A stretch of DNA of 64,000 nt, from positions 567,104 through 631,103 of the forward strand of contig RHPI01002823.1 of NCBI GenBank assembly GCA_009103225.1, read 5' to 3'. Shown in pieces: positions 38,040 to 50,324 of the stretch. The translations under genes and the position numbers were made by a program. The DNA comes from Chlorokybus atmophyticus. Taxonomy: Eukaryota; Plantae; Mesostigma and Chlorokybus algae. The notes under the pieces were generated by a model that was given only the letters and a program-made list of their open reading frames with translations, made no database searches and was not told where the DNA came from. Positions within the stretch are counted from its first letter, which is position 1. Each line of letters opens with the position of its first letter.

Positions 38040-40362
38040 CAGTCAAGGCCTTCGCTGTAAGGCGCTTGCTTATCAGCCAAAACGAGTCCAATAGCAGCAG
38101 AGCTGGAGACCGCCGTACTGGATCGTGGTCAAGGGCAGGATGGGCCCGGTCCGTACTCCGCCTTGGGCTGGGCGTACACCACCACAGGTACATGCTGGTG
38201 CTGCTGGTGTTACGGTGTATGTGTGTGCGTGCACATGTGCAACCATGTGAAGGCGCTACGAGTACTTAACAGTATGTCTTGTGTTCTTAACTGTTTTGCA
38301 TGCAAAATGCGTATATGCAGTCCTTGTCACCTGTATTGAAGCTTCCCACAATTCATCTGCAAGTTATTGTGCCGAGTTTGTTTAGTTATGCAATTTGCGT
38401 TCGTTGTTGGTTGAACCATGAACATGTGTTTGTGCAGGACCAAAAGCAAAAACCACACCAGCCTTGGCTCCCCAGCCTTGGCTCGAGTTGCATCCGCCAG
38501 ACCTGCACCTTCCAACATTTGCCAAACAACTGATTGCAGGCGGCATTGCAGGTATGCGCATTGGTGTGACAAATGAAGCCACTTGTTACATGGTGATGTT
38601 ATGTTGATTTTTGCTTTGATTTTCACTCAGGCGGTGCAGCGAAGACACTTGTGGCGCCGTTGGAACGCGTGAAGATTTTGTTGCAGACCGGTGGTGCCAG
38701 TTACCAGACAGCAAGCATCATGCAATCGCTCAGGCGCATCCAAGCGGATGACGGGGTGCGAGGGTTTTTCAGGTAGCCCGGCAATGGTGCGTATGTCAGT
38801 TATCCCAGTTGTTGGCACCTCGTTTTCAATGTCCTCTGCTGTAATTAGAGTTGCGTTTGCTTCTAGTGTCCAACGTTATACACACGCACGCGCACGCCGC
38901 TGCTGTTATGCAGTGGTGGGTGCGCGCGTGTGTCTGTGTTTAAGTATGCTGGTGTTTATGGAGGTGCGGTCCCAGGTGCTGACTTGCCAGCATATGTTTT
39001 GCAGAGGGAATGGTGCAAGTGTGGCGCGCATCATACCTTACGCTGCATTTCACTTCATGGCATACGAACAGTACCTGCGAATACTACTGCGTGCAGGTAC
39101 GCCACCTTTTGTACGACCTTGTGCAAGCGATGCACTTGTAGTTCTCTCTGGCAGATCGTCGCGCTGTGTAGCATGTCTTCTGTACTTATGAAGCACTTGG
39201 CACCTTGATGCTGATTGTGTTGTGGTTGTGTGGGCAGGCTCTCCTTCAACGCCAATAGTGGACATGGCAGCAGGTACTGCAGTTGGTGGTGTTGCAATGT
39301 CATTCATTGATGTTCCTCGTGTCATTCTGTTTGATCAAGTTTTGTCAGCACACACACCAGACCATGACCCAATCTGTGCTTGTGTACATGTTGCAGGTTC
39401 GCTGGCAGGAAGCACTGCTGTGCTGCTGACCTACCCGCTGGACCTTGTGCGCACGCGGTTGGCTGTGCAGCTGCCGGACAATATGGTGCTGTACAAGAAC
39501 ATTCGGCACGCCTTCCGATACATTGTGCAGCAGGAGGGTTGGGTTGGACTGTACAGAGGCATAGGCAAGTGGACTTAATAATGTCTCACAGGCCCACACG
39601 GAAGTTGCCGCGCCCCCGCATGCACAAGTTCATGAGTGCTCATACAGGAGTTCGCGCAATTTGCACATTGGTTGGTTGGAGTATCGCCAAAGGTTGAGTG
39701 CTAATTGTGGTTTTGTTGTTGCAGGGCCCACGTTGTATGGCATCTTTCCATATGCTGGGTTAAAGTTTTACACTTACGAGGCATTGAAAGCACGGTGGCG
39801 GAGGCATCATTACCCCAATGTTGATGCCTCTGCTGAGTTGCAGTCACCGCCGGTGCACTTGAAGCTCGCATTTGGCGCTGCTGCAGGACTCGTCGGACAG
39901 ACCGTCACGTTCCCACTGGATGTTGTGCGCAGGCGCATGCAGGCAAGCGGATGTGTAGTGGCATAGGCAATTGCACGCAGGCATGCACACAAGCATGCAT
40001 GTACTTATATTACCTGATTGCAAGCATCAGAACAAACCAAGGGCCATATTAATGTGTGGCTTGTGGCATATGTGTGACTTGCGTGTGTATGGCTGACTGT
40101 GTTGATTGGTTGGTTGCTGTAGGCACAAGGAGCGTTTCTTGCAGCAGCAGACATACACAAGAGGCCATATGACGGGCCTGTTTATAGGGGCACATGGCAC
40201 GGGTTGCGTACTATCGTTGTCACCTCTGGCTGGAGGTCTCTCTTTGCGGGTTTAAGTATCAACTACTTGAAGGTCACACCGTCAGTTGCCATTGGGTTCA
40301 CTGTCTACGATTACATGAAAGCGCAGATGGGGTTGCCTTTGAGACCACTAGCCACAGGCTAG
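38040..40362 (+). CDS. Mitochondrial coenzyme A carrier-like SLC25 (CoAc / SLC25A42-SLC25A16 group); start uncertain
   Basis: [12 protein letters not shown]|[19 protein letters not shown]...|[23 protein letters not shown]|...[25 protein letters not shown]...LYRGIG|[18 protein letters not shown]...[19 protein letters not shown]|...[27 protein letters not shown] at 40360-40362. Confidence 0.9.
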
Positions 40363-42299
40363 GTCTTTATCGCACGTTACATTGCGCTAATAGTATGTTA
40401 CACTTTTCGGCACCACTGAGGTTTTGTTTAGAGAGTAGCACCTTGACACCCATACAATGGGATTCAGGTGTCCAGTTGTTACTCATGCAGTCTGTCAGGA
40501 ATTGCGTGGCTTCAGTATGCGTTCTATTTAAATACGTAGCTAGAACTGACACAAGTATACACTGAGATTGTGGTTCGTAGTCATCAAGTATACTTATTAC
40601 ACACTGCTGTTTTGACACCTTTCCCCAGCATCATTATCATTGATGCTGGGGTTTGGCGAGACTGACTCAGTGTGCGGGGGCAGCATAGCGCAGCACAGCA
40701 CAAGCAGCACAAAGCATCCCGCTGCAGCATCGTGTTGCCATATTGCTCACCCCCACTTCGTACAGGTTGTTCAGGAAAACACTATGGCAATACACAAATG
40801 TATTGCCATAGTGTAGCACATAGACTACATGAAAGCTATGCCACGCACCCTTCAATCGACTTATGCTCCAGCTTGTCTTTTGTTCAGGAGTTTTACCGCG
40901 TGCTATAGTAAGATAGTCTTGTTGCAAGCATCATGATGCCTTATACCTCGGGCTTTCCCGTTCCATAAGTATAATTCTGAAGCTTGCAACGATTCATGAC
41001 AAACTTGCTTAAATGCGCGTTAGTCGAGCGTAATAAGCGTTTGCAAATGTATATTATAATCTTTAACTGTTGTCTATATTGCTCAAACACAACAAAAAGA
41101 CCTCTTGCTTATTATAATCCATAGAAATTTATTCGTCCCATATCTGCCAGACTGGTCTTCACATGGTGCGCATCGGGCCTGCGACTGTGCCTTGCAATTT
41201 GCCCTCGCTCACGCCATTGCACGCACTTAGCTAGGTGTGCACGTGCTTTGAAATAAGCTGTTTCCACCCGTTGCCTAGTTGCTTTGCTTGTGGTTCATTT
41301 GCTTGCTAGCTACTGGACTATTGAGCGTCCGGGTTAAGGTGTGCGCTCATGCATTTGGACCATTGGACAGCCCATGCATTACATCACGACACACTTTTCA
41401 GAAATGTTATAACATGTTATAACATTATATACCTCAGGCGAAGAATAAATCACAATTTGCTGTTGAAGTACTGAATGGTGACATGTAATACCTCAGCCCA
41501 ACATTGTGATACTCTGTGGCAAGTCATCACGTAATCGCAGCGGGCAGCCGCATGCGGAACAAGAATGCGCTTGCCCGCTTTGTTCTGCACTAAGCACCGC
41601 GCCAATTCCTCTGAGATCTGACACGCGCTGACATGGCACTCTCGGTGACGTCGCATCTCTAACTGAACCGTTCGGTTAACCTCTAACCACACCCTTGGTT
41701 GAATGTGACGCAGGTCGCTGATATCCTTGCCACTCGTTTATGGCACGGTGCGTAAAGACCCTTCCCTCAAGTTGTTCCATCAATGCATACCTGAAGCAAC
41801 GGCTAATACACACTTGCCTTCGTCCCGTTACAGCAATGGCATTGAATGCGGATATCTGCATCTAGTCGTGGTTTGGAACTGCAACTTTAAACAAGCTAGC
41901 ATTGGTCCGTGTTCTATCCAGATGGGGGGATCTCCCGCCATCCGACGTGTTCATGTCAGCACCTTTTCAATGTCACATGTGTGCAGCTTTAACAGACACG
42001 CCAGTACCCTCTTCCCACCCATCCACGTCATGAGTCATGAAGTAAACTCCATTGCATTCTGCAACGCGCACTGCTTTAGCATCGCCTGTATTACGCAAGA
42101 AAAGGCGATGGCTCTAATGAACATGTGCAGTGAAGATTCTAACCTAGATAGACAGATACCTCATTAACGGTGCCTTTTCATCTGCCCTGTATCAACCGAA
42201 AAGGTGCTTTGTGTAAGACACCATTAGCATCATACACATGTGAATGTAAGTATATCGTTGTAGTGCTCGCCGTCGCCGTGGTTGTTAGTCTCTACAGCA

Positions 42300-44311
42300 A
42301 TGGCGTCCGCTGTGCGCTTTGCTGCCATCGCTGCCCTGCTTGCGGTTCTGTGCTGCAGCGCCACTGCTATCCGCTTCACTGAGCAGTAAGCTGAACATGT
42401 CTGAGATCAGTTCAATACACAATAAATCTCAGGTATCATGCATGTTTTGCGTGCATGTGCATGCATGGTCTTCCTCTTCGTTTGTCCATGTGTCTGTGTG
42501 CATGCACGTGCCTGTACATGCACACAGACATGTGTCGATAGTCACTGTGTGACCCCACTTTGCCTGCTGCCAACCAAACGTGTGTTGTCCTGCTGACAAC
42601 CAATAACAAAGGTGCTTGCCTTGAACCAAACATGACTAAGAAGTGTGCATGCTCATATATTTAGGTTCAAGAATGTGGAAGGATTCCTTGACCAGCGCTT
42701 GGAGGAGGTAAACCAAACAAACTTCTAACACTCCAAACCCTCATTCACCTCGAAGCATAACACTCGAGTTGTTCTCACCTCACCCTTAACCAAGGTAATG
42801 CTCTGTACAATTCTGTTGTTTCAGGTGAAGGATGTGGCCGACTCCGCCGCCTCTTTCGTCCACGACATCGACCTCAGCGACCTGCTGGGCGACAACGCTA
42901 GCGATGACAGCGAGGAGAGGCGCAAGCGCGCCGCCCACAGCGTCATGGACCTCCTCGAGGAGTTCGGCGGCAAGAGCGAGATTGGGGAGCCTTTCAGGCA
43001 TGTGGATGTGTGCCTTTGTTGTTGTGTATCATACTTAGGCAGGTGCTTACTTGAGACTCTTGTTCACATGCAGGGCTAACTATGCTTGCGGGTTTGCCAC
43101 GGCGTACCTCTGCGGTGAGAGCGAGGAGAAGTGGGGTGTGAGCGGTTCAGAGGATGTTGACGAGAAGACCAAGAAGTGCCTGGAGGACCACAAGGATATC
43201 CTGGAGAAGGTGGGCAACAGTGTTATGGTGCTCTCTCTGCCTGCGTGTGCATGCGCGTGTGTGAGTCGCTGCGTACAACTTCTGTCTGCAGGTGTGCCAC
43301 CACACGTTCGAGCAGAAAAAGGCTCTGGAGTGCGGCGTTGAGACCGCCAACGTAAGCCTACAATTGGTGATCAGTCATTATTTGCAAGCCATCTAGCAGC
43401 CATACAACTACAACCCCACATGGAGAGACACTTTATGTTGGTAGACTCTGTCTGTCAAAAACTGACACTCTTTGTGCCCATGCAGTTGTGCGGCTTGCCA
43501 ATGGTTAACGGCAAGACCAAGGAGGAGTTCAAGAAGTGCGTTGAGGACAAGAAGAGCGAGCTTGAGAAGCACTGCCTCAACCCCAAGTAAGCAGCGAGTT
43601 GCACTTGTGCTTCACATATGTTTTTGCCTGCACACATGTGCACACACACGTATGCATGCTTACAACAGTCTCGTTCCCTGTGCAGGAATGTGACCGACAT
43701 CTCTGTTGGTGAGGACTTTAAGTGTGGCCTTGCCGTGAAGGGTGCCTGCCAAAACGTCCCCTTCTTTGCAAAGAGGAACTGCGTTCGCACCGTCGCTAGC
43801 CTGGTAAGCTGACCTTGCATGCGCACGTGTGCGCGCATATATGCTGATGTGTGTGACATGTGCGCATGCATGTGTGTGCATGTGTGCATGTGTGCCTTGT
43901 ACACATGCGTGTGCATATACATGCACATGCTACGTGAGGACCTGTGTGCAATTTTGTGCATGTGTGTACCTGACTATGCTCTTTTGTGGCTATGCGTTTC
44001 GTGCACTCCAATCCTTGTGTCTCTCACACAAACCTTCTTGTGCCCAGTACTGCACCGTGCCCTACGCTCTGATGAAGTCATTCGAATGCGGCGTCGCTTC
44101 CTCCTACTTCTGCGCCCGTTCCGCCGAGTGCGACAAGAACACCCTCTTTATGTGTCTCGCCAACCACAAGCACCAGCTTGCCCTGGCGTGTCCCGCCATG
44201 ATGGGAGGCGCGGGTCGTTACCGCAATGGGGCAATTGAGGACAATAATGTGAACATTCTGGAGCAGAATGTGGAGGTGGAGAGCGATGCCTTCACGCACC
44301 TGGTCATGTAA
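42300..44311 (+). CDS. Secreted cysteine-rich repeat protein (8 exons) with four C-x7-C...C-x~10-C repeats and an RRKR site
   Basis: Signal peptide MASAVRFAAIAALLAVLCCSATA. Repeats YACGFATAYLCG...KKCLEDHKDILEKVC, LECGVETANLCG...KKCVEDKKSELEKHC, FKCGLAVKGAC...RNCVRTVASLYC and FECGVASSYFC...FMCLANHKHQLALAC. TAA at 44309-44311, with TGTAA about 85 and 95 nt downstream. Confidence 0.8.
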
Positions 44312-46039
44312 AGGACAGCGATTGTGTTGGTTGGTAGTGGTTAGTGTACATTAGCAGCTTTTGTACACATGCGTGTAGATCCCAAACAACTGTTGGTGTA
44401 ACCTCGTGTAAAGAGCCATCGCATCACGTCAAACTGTCACTATCTGTCTTCAAATATTGCAGCTTTCAAAGTTGAGTTTGTTAGTGACCTGGATGTCTGG
44501 ATGTTAGTGACCTGGAGGTAAGTTGTTGCAAGACAATTACTTGTGCTAGTAAGTCATGTGAATGTCGGACAATTCCATACCATCTTGGTAGTTTACATGT
44601 GCAAGCACGGTTATCGCTGGGAAGTTCATTGCACTGTGATACATGCGCATCGACCACGCATAGACACTGAACGATGCGAAATACACTTGTTCATGCAAAC
44701 GCATGTCGAGCAGTCATTGTGCACGCGCACAATGTGTATCGTAGGCATACAACCAACGCATGTATTGTATTGTATTGTATTCTTTGTACGCTGGGCTATA
44801 TCGCATCCACATACTCTTTGGATGTAACACGACCGTGCAGTACAACAGTAATAATGTTGTGAGTTATAAATCTGCACAGATTGGTCGTACATCAGTTGAG
44901 TACAACCTCATATACATGGTCATATACTTCTCACTCAGCCCGTGTGCATCATCTCGTGAGCGTGCGCATGTGTGCACGAGTGGTACAGGCTAATAAGAAT
45001 CAAGTGTGTAGCTCCCTGAATTTTGCACCCCATAACTTACATGCGAAGCTTGTGCACATATACCGCTGCATGTACGAGCCAATCTCATGCAGACACACCC
45101 CCACTGCCGCATGCAAGATCGTCGCAATGTACACTGGCGCGTGTCAGTGCAATGGCAGGAACGTTGCTGCTCGGTAATAGCAGCAACTGGTACACATGCC
45201 CGCACACAACAACAATGACTACAAACGTATGAGGGACTTCTCGTCCAGAGTTACAATCACAGTGAAAGAAAGGGTGGCAGAGATTACAGCAGCTGCCTGC
45301 TGGTTGTTTGCAAGTTGAACTGCAAGGCAGACACCTCGCCTTTTGCGCACGCTGCTAGAGCGACGACCAGTGCTTTGTGCTGGGCTTCCAGCTGCCCACA
45401 CGACAACAACAAGCGCACAGAGCAAAGCAAACCTCCTTGGATCATGGTAATTCACAATCCCGAGGGAAGGCCCAGCTCAGACCAGCCCAACTCAACCTCC
45501 CCCTGCGGACTACACCCCACGCCGACATCGCCCCCACCGCCGCCGGCTAGTCACAGCTAGTGCAGCTACCGAATTTGGCATAGAGCAAACCACCGAAAAT
45601 GCGATTGTGACAATTCTACGTCAAGACGAGCAACAATCAAATGCAAAACGAGGGAAGTCGTTGCTGCTGCGAAGCGGCGGTGGTGTCTGGCCGAGGTGGT
45701 GGAGTGGGCGGGCGGCGGAGGCGGCGGAGGGGCAGTGGAGCAAGGAGGACGTCCTTGAGTCAGAGGGGAGGAAGGCGCAAGCTGCTGCTGTCTGAACTTG
45801 AGCATTTAAGCATAGAGGCTGAGTTCTCTGCTAGAGACTGGGTTTGCCTGGTCTGTTGTGGCCTGCCCTGCCCTGCCTTAGAGTGGCCTGGGCTGTCAAG
45901 CACTGGGTTTACTACTCGTTCAGCGTTGCTCGGGCATGGCGCCAGACAGAGCGGCTTGCCTAGTTACGTTGAGGGCGTGATCGCTGGCTTCTGAGTCTGG
46001 CTTAGGTGGAGTTAGGCAGGACAGCTGGCTGCTGCCAGC

Positions 46040-48469
46040 ATGGCGCGGCGGCCAGCTGCCGCCTCAACTGCGCTGCTGTTAGGGTTTTTCTTAGTAGTAG
46101 CTGTGTGCGCCTGCCTTCCCGTCTCCCTGGCAGCTGCTCAGGATGAAATGGTGAGCTTGGCGCATTGCATTGTGTTGCAGTGCGTTGCTGCTAGACTGTT
46201 TGAACCACATACGTTGACGATGAGATTTGTGTGTTGAATACAAGCTCGTTGTATTCAACACACAGATTTGTGTGTTGAATACAACGAGCTTGTATATTCA
46301 ACACAGAAATCTCATCGTCAAGTGGCTTGCTAGCAGGTTTACAGCTCACTTGTGCAATCTACTACTGCAGTTGTAGTATATAGCTGCTAGACTCGTAACG
46401 CATTGCTGTACTGTACTGTGTTCGTACATCACAAGCAAGTCTGAGTGCTGTAAGTTGGGCCGTTCACAGTGCTGTCACAGTACCTTAGCCTACCGCTATC
46501 ATCAGCAACACTTTGCTGTCTTGTGCTCGGGTCTCTGACGCTCATCTCAAATGCCGGGTGACAAGCATGGCCACAGGCGCCTCCTTCACGAGCAACAGAG
46601 ACAAATGCACCTGTTCATGAGCTGCTGGTTTTTTGAATATGCAAGTTGGTAAACATGTGGTGTGGTGTGCAGGAAGCGCAGCGCCACTTACTAGAGGATT
46701 CCAGCCTGCAGAAGCATAGAAAGGTGAGTGCTAGTTCTAGTCAATGTGAGGCGTGTGTCTGTCAGCCTTAGTAGCAGTGCCTGTCTTATGGATGCCGCTG
46801 AGCCAGTGCTGCGTTCTCTTCCATGCAAATGTGAAGCAACATGCGCGCATCACTGGATGGTTGACAGGTGATAGTGGATATTCCAGTGAATACCGAACCG
46901 AAGCAAGAAGAGGAGAATGCAGCCACCAAACCGGACGAGTTTCAGTCCACAGAATCATGGACAGCAGGTGCACTTGTGGCACATGCAGGACCGCTCAGTT
47001 GCACACGCGCATGCATGTGTGCGTGCGTGCAAGCTGTGTGCATGCAAGCATGCCGGTGTTGGTCGGCCTAAATGCGTGTCTTGTCAAGGCACACATAGCA
47101 CTGAGTAAGCGCAACAGTGTCAAAGCTGGTGTCAGCAGCAGCTTGCATGCATCTGGTTGGACAACTGTCATGCGCATGGGGTAGGTCTAAGCTACTAAAC
47201 TGATAGGTCATGGCAAGGAGCACGAGAAGCAAGCCACTGGTCTCGGTGGGATGCTGGACGCCTTTGGTGCCAGTTTATCCATCATTATCGTATCCGAGAT
47301 TGGGGACGAGACGTTCATCATTGCAGGTGCTGCTATTACAACTGGTGTTGGTAAAACGAAGTTGTCAGAGTTGTTAGAGTTGTTAGCCTGCTTCACTCTT
47401 GTGTAGACTTGCTTGTGTGGTGGTGGTCGTCATTGTCTGATCAGCTCTGTTCTTGCAGCTTTGATGGCCATGCGACACCCGCGATTTGTCATATGGTTCG
47501 GAGCGATCTCAGCATTGGTAGTGATGACAGTGCTATCAACAGCTCTGGGACTGATTGTGCCAAACGTGGTGTCTAGACAACACACCAACGCCGCAGCGAC
47601 CGTCTTGTACACATTCTTTGGCTTGCGACTGCTGTGGATAGCATACAAGTCGGACAAGAGTGAGGTCAGTACATGGGTACATAAATCTGCAAGACTGCAT
47701 GCACACGCATCCGCATGCACACGCGCGTGCGGGGGGCCATGCGCACACATTCCCGCATACACACACGCACTCACACACGCTTGCGCCTGCACGTGCCAGC
47801 ATACGCGCAAGTGCAGGCGCATGCATACACATACACACGCGCACGTACGCGCACACACTCTCACAGTCGCACGCGCATGTAGATCATATGCTGCTTTTTC
47901 TCTCTGAATTGCAAAAACATGCAAGCGCGCAGTGTTGGTCTTGCTGTATCGTCCTTGCGAAGACAAGCTGTTGTCAACAAGCAGGGCACAAAGGAGTTTG
48001 AAGAGGTGGAGGAGAAGATTGAAGCCTCAACTCCTGGCGCGAAGAACCGCTCTCGGGTCCGCAAGGTTCTCTCTCGCTTCATCACTCCCATCTTCCTCGA
48101 GGCTTTCGTCCTCACCTTCCTCGCGGAGTGGGGCGACCGGAGTCAGATCGCCACCATCGCCATGGCGTCGCACAAGAACCCTGTTGGGGTGACGATTGGG
48201 GCCGTCGTGGGACACGCATTGTGCTCGGGGATTGCGGTAAGTATGGGTTGTTGACAGACTAGCACATGTTTGCATGTGCTCTGCTTGGTTCATGCTTTAT
48301 CATGACATCACACGCACATGCGTGTCAACATCATGACACGCACTCACCACCACAGGTGTGTGGGGGACGCATGCTTGCGGCGAGGATATCGCAACGGTCC
48401 GTTGCGACAGTGGGAGGAGTGCTGTTTCTGCTGTTTGCAATGCATTCATTTGTGTTCCCGCCCGTGTAG
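46040..48469 (+). CDS. GDT1: GDT1/TMEM165 (UPF0016) Ca2+/Mn2+ transporter, secretory-pathway type with signal peptide
   Basis: Two signature motifs VSEIGDETFIIAALMAMRH and FLAEWGDRSQIATIAMA, plus GAVVGHALCSGIAVCGGRMLA. TAG at 48467-48469. Confidence 0.94.
46214..46321. repeat. 108-bp near-perfect palindrome made of two nested hairpins, in GDT1 intron 1
   Basis: Arms ttgacgatgagattt...aaatctcatcgtcaa. The internal units tgtgtgttgaataca-agctcgt-tgtattcaacacaca and tgtgtgttgaataca-acgagct-tgtatattcaacaca are mutual reverse complements. Confidence 0.85.
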
Positions 48470-49512
48470 GGGAGTGGGGATTAATTGTAGGGGATGAGTT
48501 TGGTTGAGCTTGTGCTTGCAGGCAATAGATGAATGTTGATTGCTAGCGGTAGCGGTGGGCATGATGGGCATGCAATCGGCTGAGGGTCACAATGGTGTAC
48601 ACAATTCTGCATTGCATACTTTGTACACCCAATGTTGTTTACGCAGCTTCTCTTGGTTTTGCAACGGCGTATTGTGATGTAACATGGTGAAAAACCTTTG
48701 ACAACAGCAATGTACATACGACATGTAGTCTTTTCTAAACTCGATGTGGCAATGGTTTTGCTAAGACCACTGCGAACTGCTGTTACAATAGTAGCTGTGC
48801 GATGGTTGGGCAATCCCATGCTTGATGCTCGCCATCCATGAACACACGGTCGTACTGGCAGGTGCGTGTGGTTGCCTGCGATGTGTGGTGTGAAAATGCA
48901 TGTGTTTAACAGCCTTGTGCTTATCCTGTACAGTAATGACACTGCGCGTTTTTTGTACAACTTGACCAACATGGGACGAGTCGCTGACGCTGAATCGGCC
49001 ATGCTCTCTGACCCTGGATAAATTACTGACCTCATCAAGGCTTGCTGCTTTCATGTGCGTCCTTTGGTTGGGAAATTCGTATACCGAGACCCTTCGCCCT
49101 CATACAAGAACCAGCATGCTGTCAATTCACCGGCGGTAGTTCTCGTGGCGGCGGCGGCGAGCTGGCCATCAACAAGCAGGTGAGCTGAGTCACCTATTCA
49201 GCTGGCACTTATGTCGTCATGCTCTCACCCCTGCCATGCCTTGTCCGTCTGCCACCCATTCCGGAGCCTTACTGCATGCGTGTGCGTGCGATTGTAAGTG
49301 GGCGTGTGCATTCGCCTGTGCATGTGTGTATGTCAAGTTTGACCTCTCAAGCTGCTACGCATTGATTTCCTCTACAATATTGCAAGCACCATTTACTTTT
49401 GGCGCACTATACTGTCTCTTGGACATCGTGGCCAACACATCCACAGCCTTGATGACAATTGCCTCATGCTTGTATGCAGCAAGTAGATTGATCGGATCAT
49501 TCCAATACAGGA

Positions 49513-50200
49513 ATGCCCCAGGCGGTCAACCCGAACCTGGCCATCTTCATCGGCGCCACAGCGGGCGCTTTGCTGGGATTCTACTACAGCCATCAGATTG
49601 AAGAGAACTCGAGGGTAAGCAAGTAGTTAGACAATGCTTGTGCTGGACACAGCATGATACTTTGAGTGAAATCTGCTGCGTGCCTTGACACTTCTAAACT
49701 AGGGGCAGTTGTTGAGGGAGTCAAATGCTGCAGTAGGTTTTTGGGTTTCTGTGTTCTTTGTTTGTCGTTTGCGATGTGACCCGTCAGTTGCTGGGTTGAA
49801 GTGTGTGCTGCTGTTGCGTGCTAAGCAGCATGCTGGTGGTATGCTGCATTGAGGTGCATGCAACAGACAGATCTGGATGCACGAATGCACGACAGCATTG
49901 GCGTTCTCTCCAGGCAAAAGAGTCAGCTGCTGTAATACAGTGTGTCAGTTTGGCACGCACACAGTTGTCCTGTGTGTTCGGAGCTCTTCCTGCACAGGCA
50001 TCTCAGGCACTCCCTTTGTTGATCATGATGACGATGACGACGACAGTGTTGTTGATGTTGTTGTGAGTTGATGTTGTTGTCTATAGGTGCAGCGTGCTGT
50101 TGCAAGGCAGGAAGAGTTGGCTCGCTTGCGTGCTCAGCAGCAATCTGACACCAGTAGCAGCAATAGCATGCAAGAGGCGGAGGAGGGCAAATTTAAGTAG
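49513..50200 (+). CDS. 71-aa single-pass membrane microprotein (2 coding exons), unknown function
   Basis: Exons 49513-49614 and 50087-50200 (donor GTAAGC, acceptor ctatag) give MPQAVNPNLAIFIGATAGALLGFYYSHQIEENSRVQRAVARQEELARLRAQQQSDTSSSNSMQEAEEGKFK*. A probable 5' UTR intron runs from about 49161 to 49510. Confidence 0.65.
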
Positions 50201-50324
50201 CAGCAACAGCTGGGATAGAACTAGAGGAGATCATTGCGTCAACAAGCATGCAGTGATCGGTTGGGTAACAAGAGGAAGTAAATATAAAGGGTTAGGGTAA
50301 GGGCGGTGTGACAACAACATCAAC

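Noticed and set aside
41350-42170. ORFs 41450-41692 and 41727-42167
   Set aside because: No splice logic, family motifs or coding-like codon bias.
44600-45460. Possible small gene, e.g. minus-strand MIQGGLLCSV... or plus-strand ...IGRTSVEYN... (thioesterase-like)
   Set aside because: I could not build a phase-consistent exon chain; the resemblance is too short.
48481-49054. Minus-strand ORFs of 185 aa and 97 aa
   Set aside because: They overlap the GDT1 3' region, look like low-complexity intergenic or UTR sequence, and have no family match.
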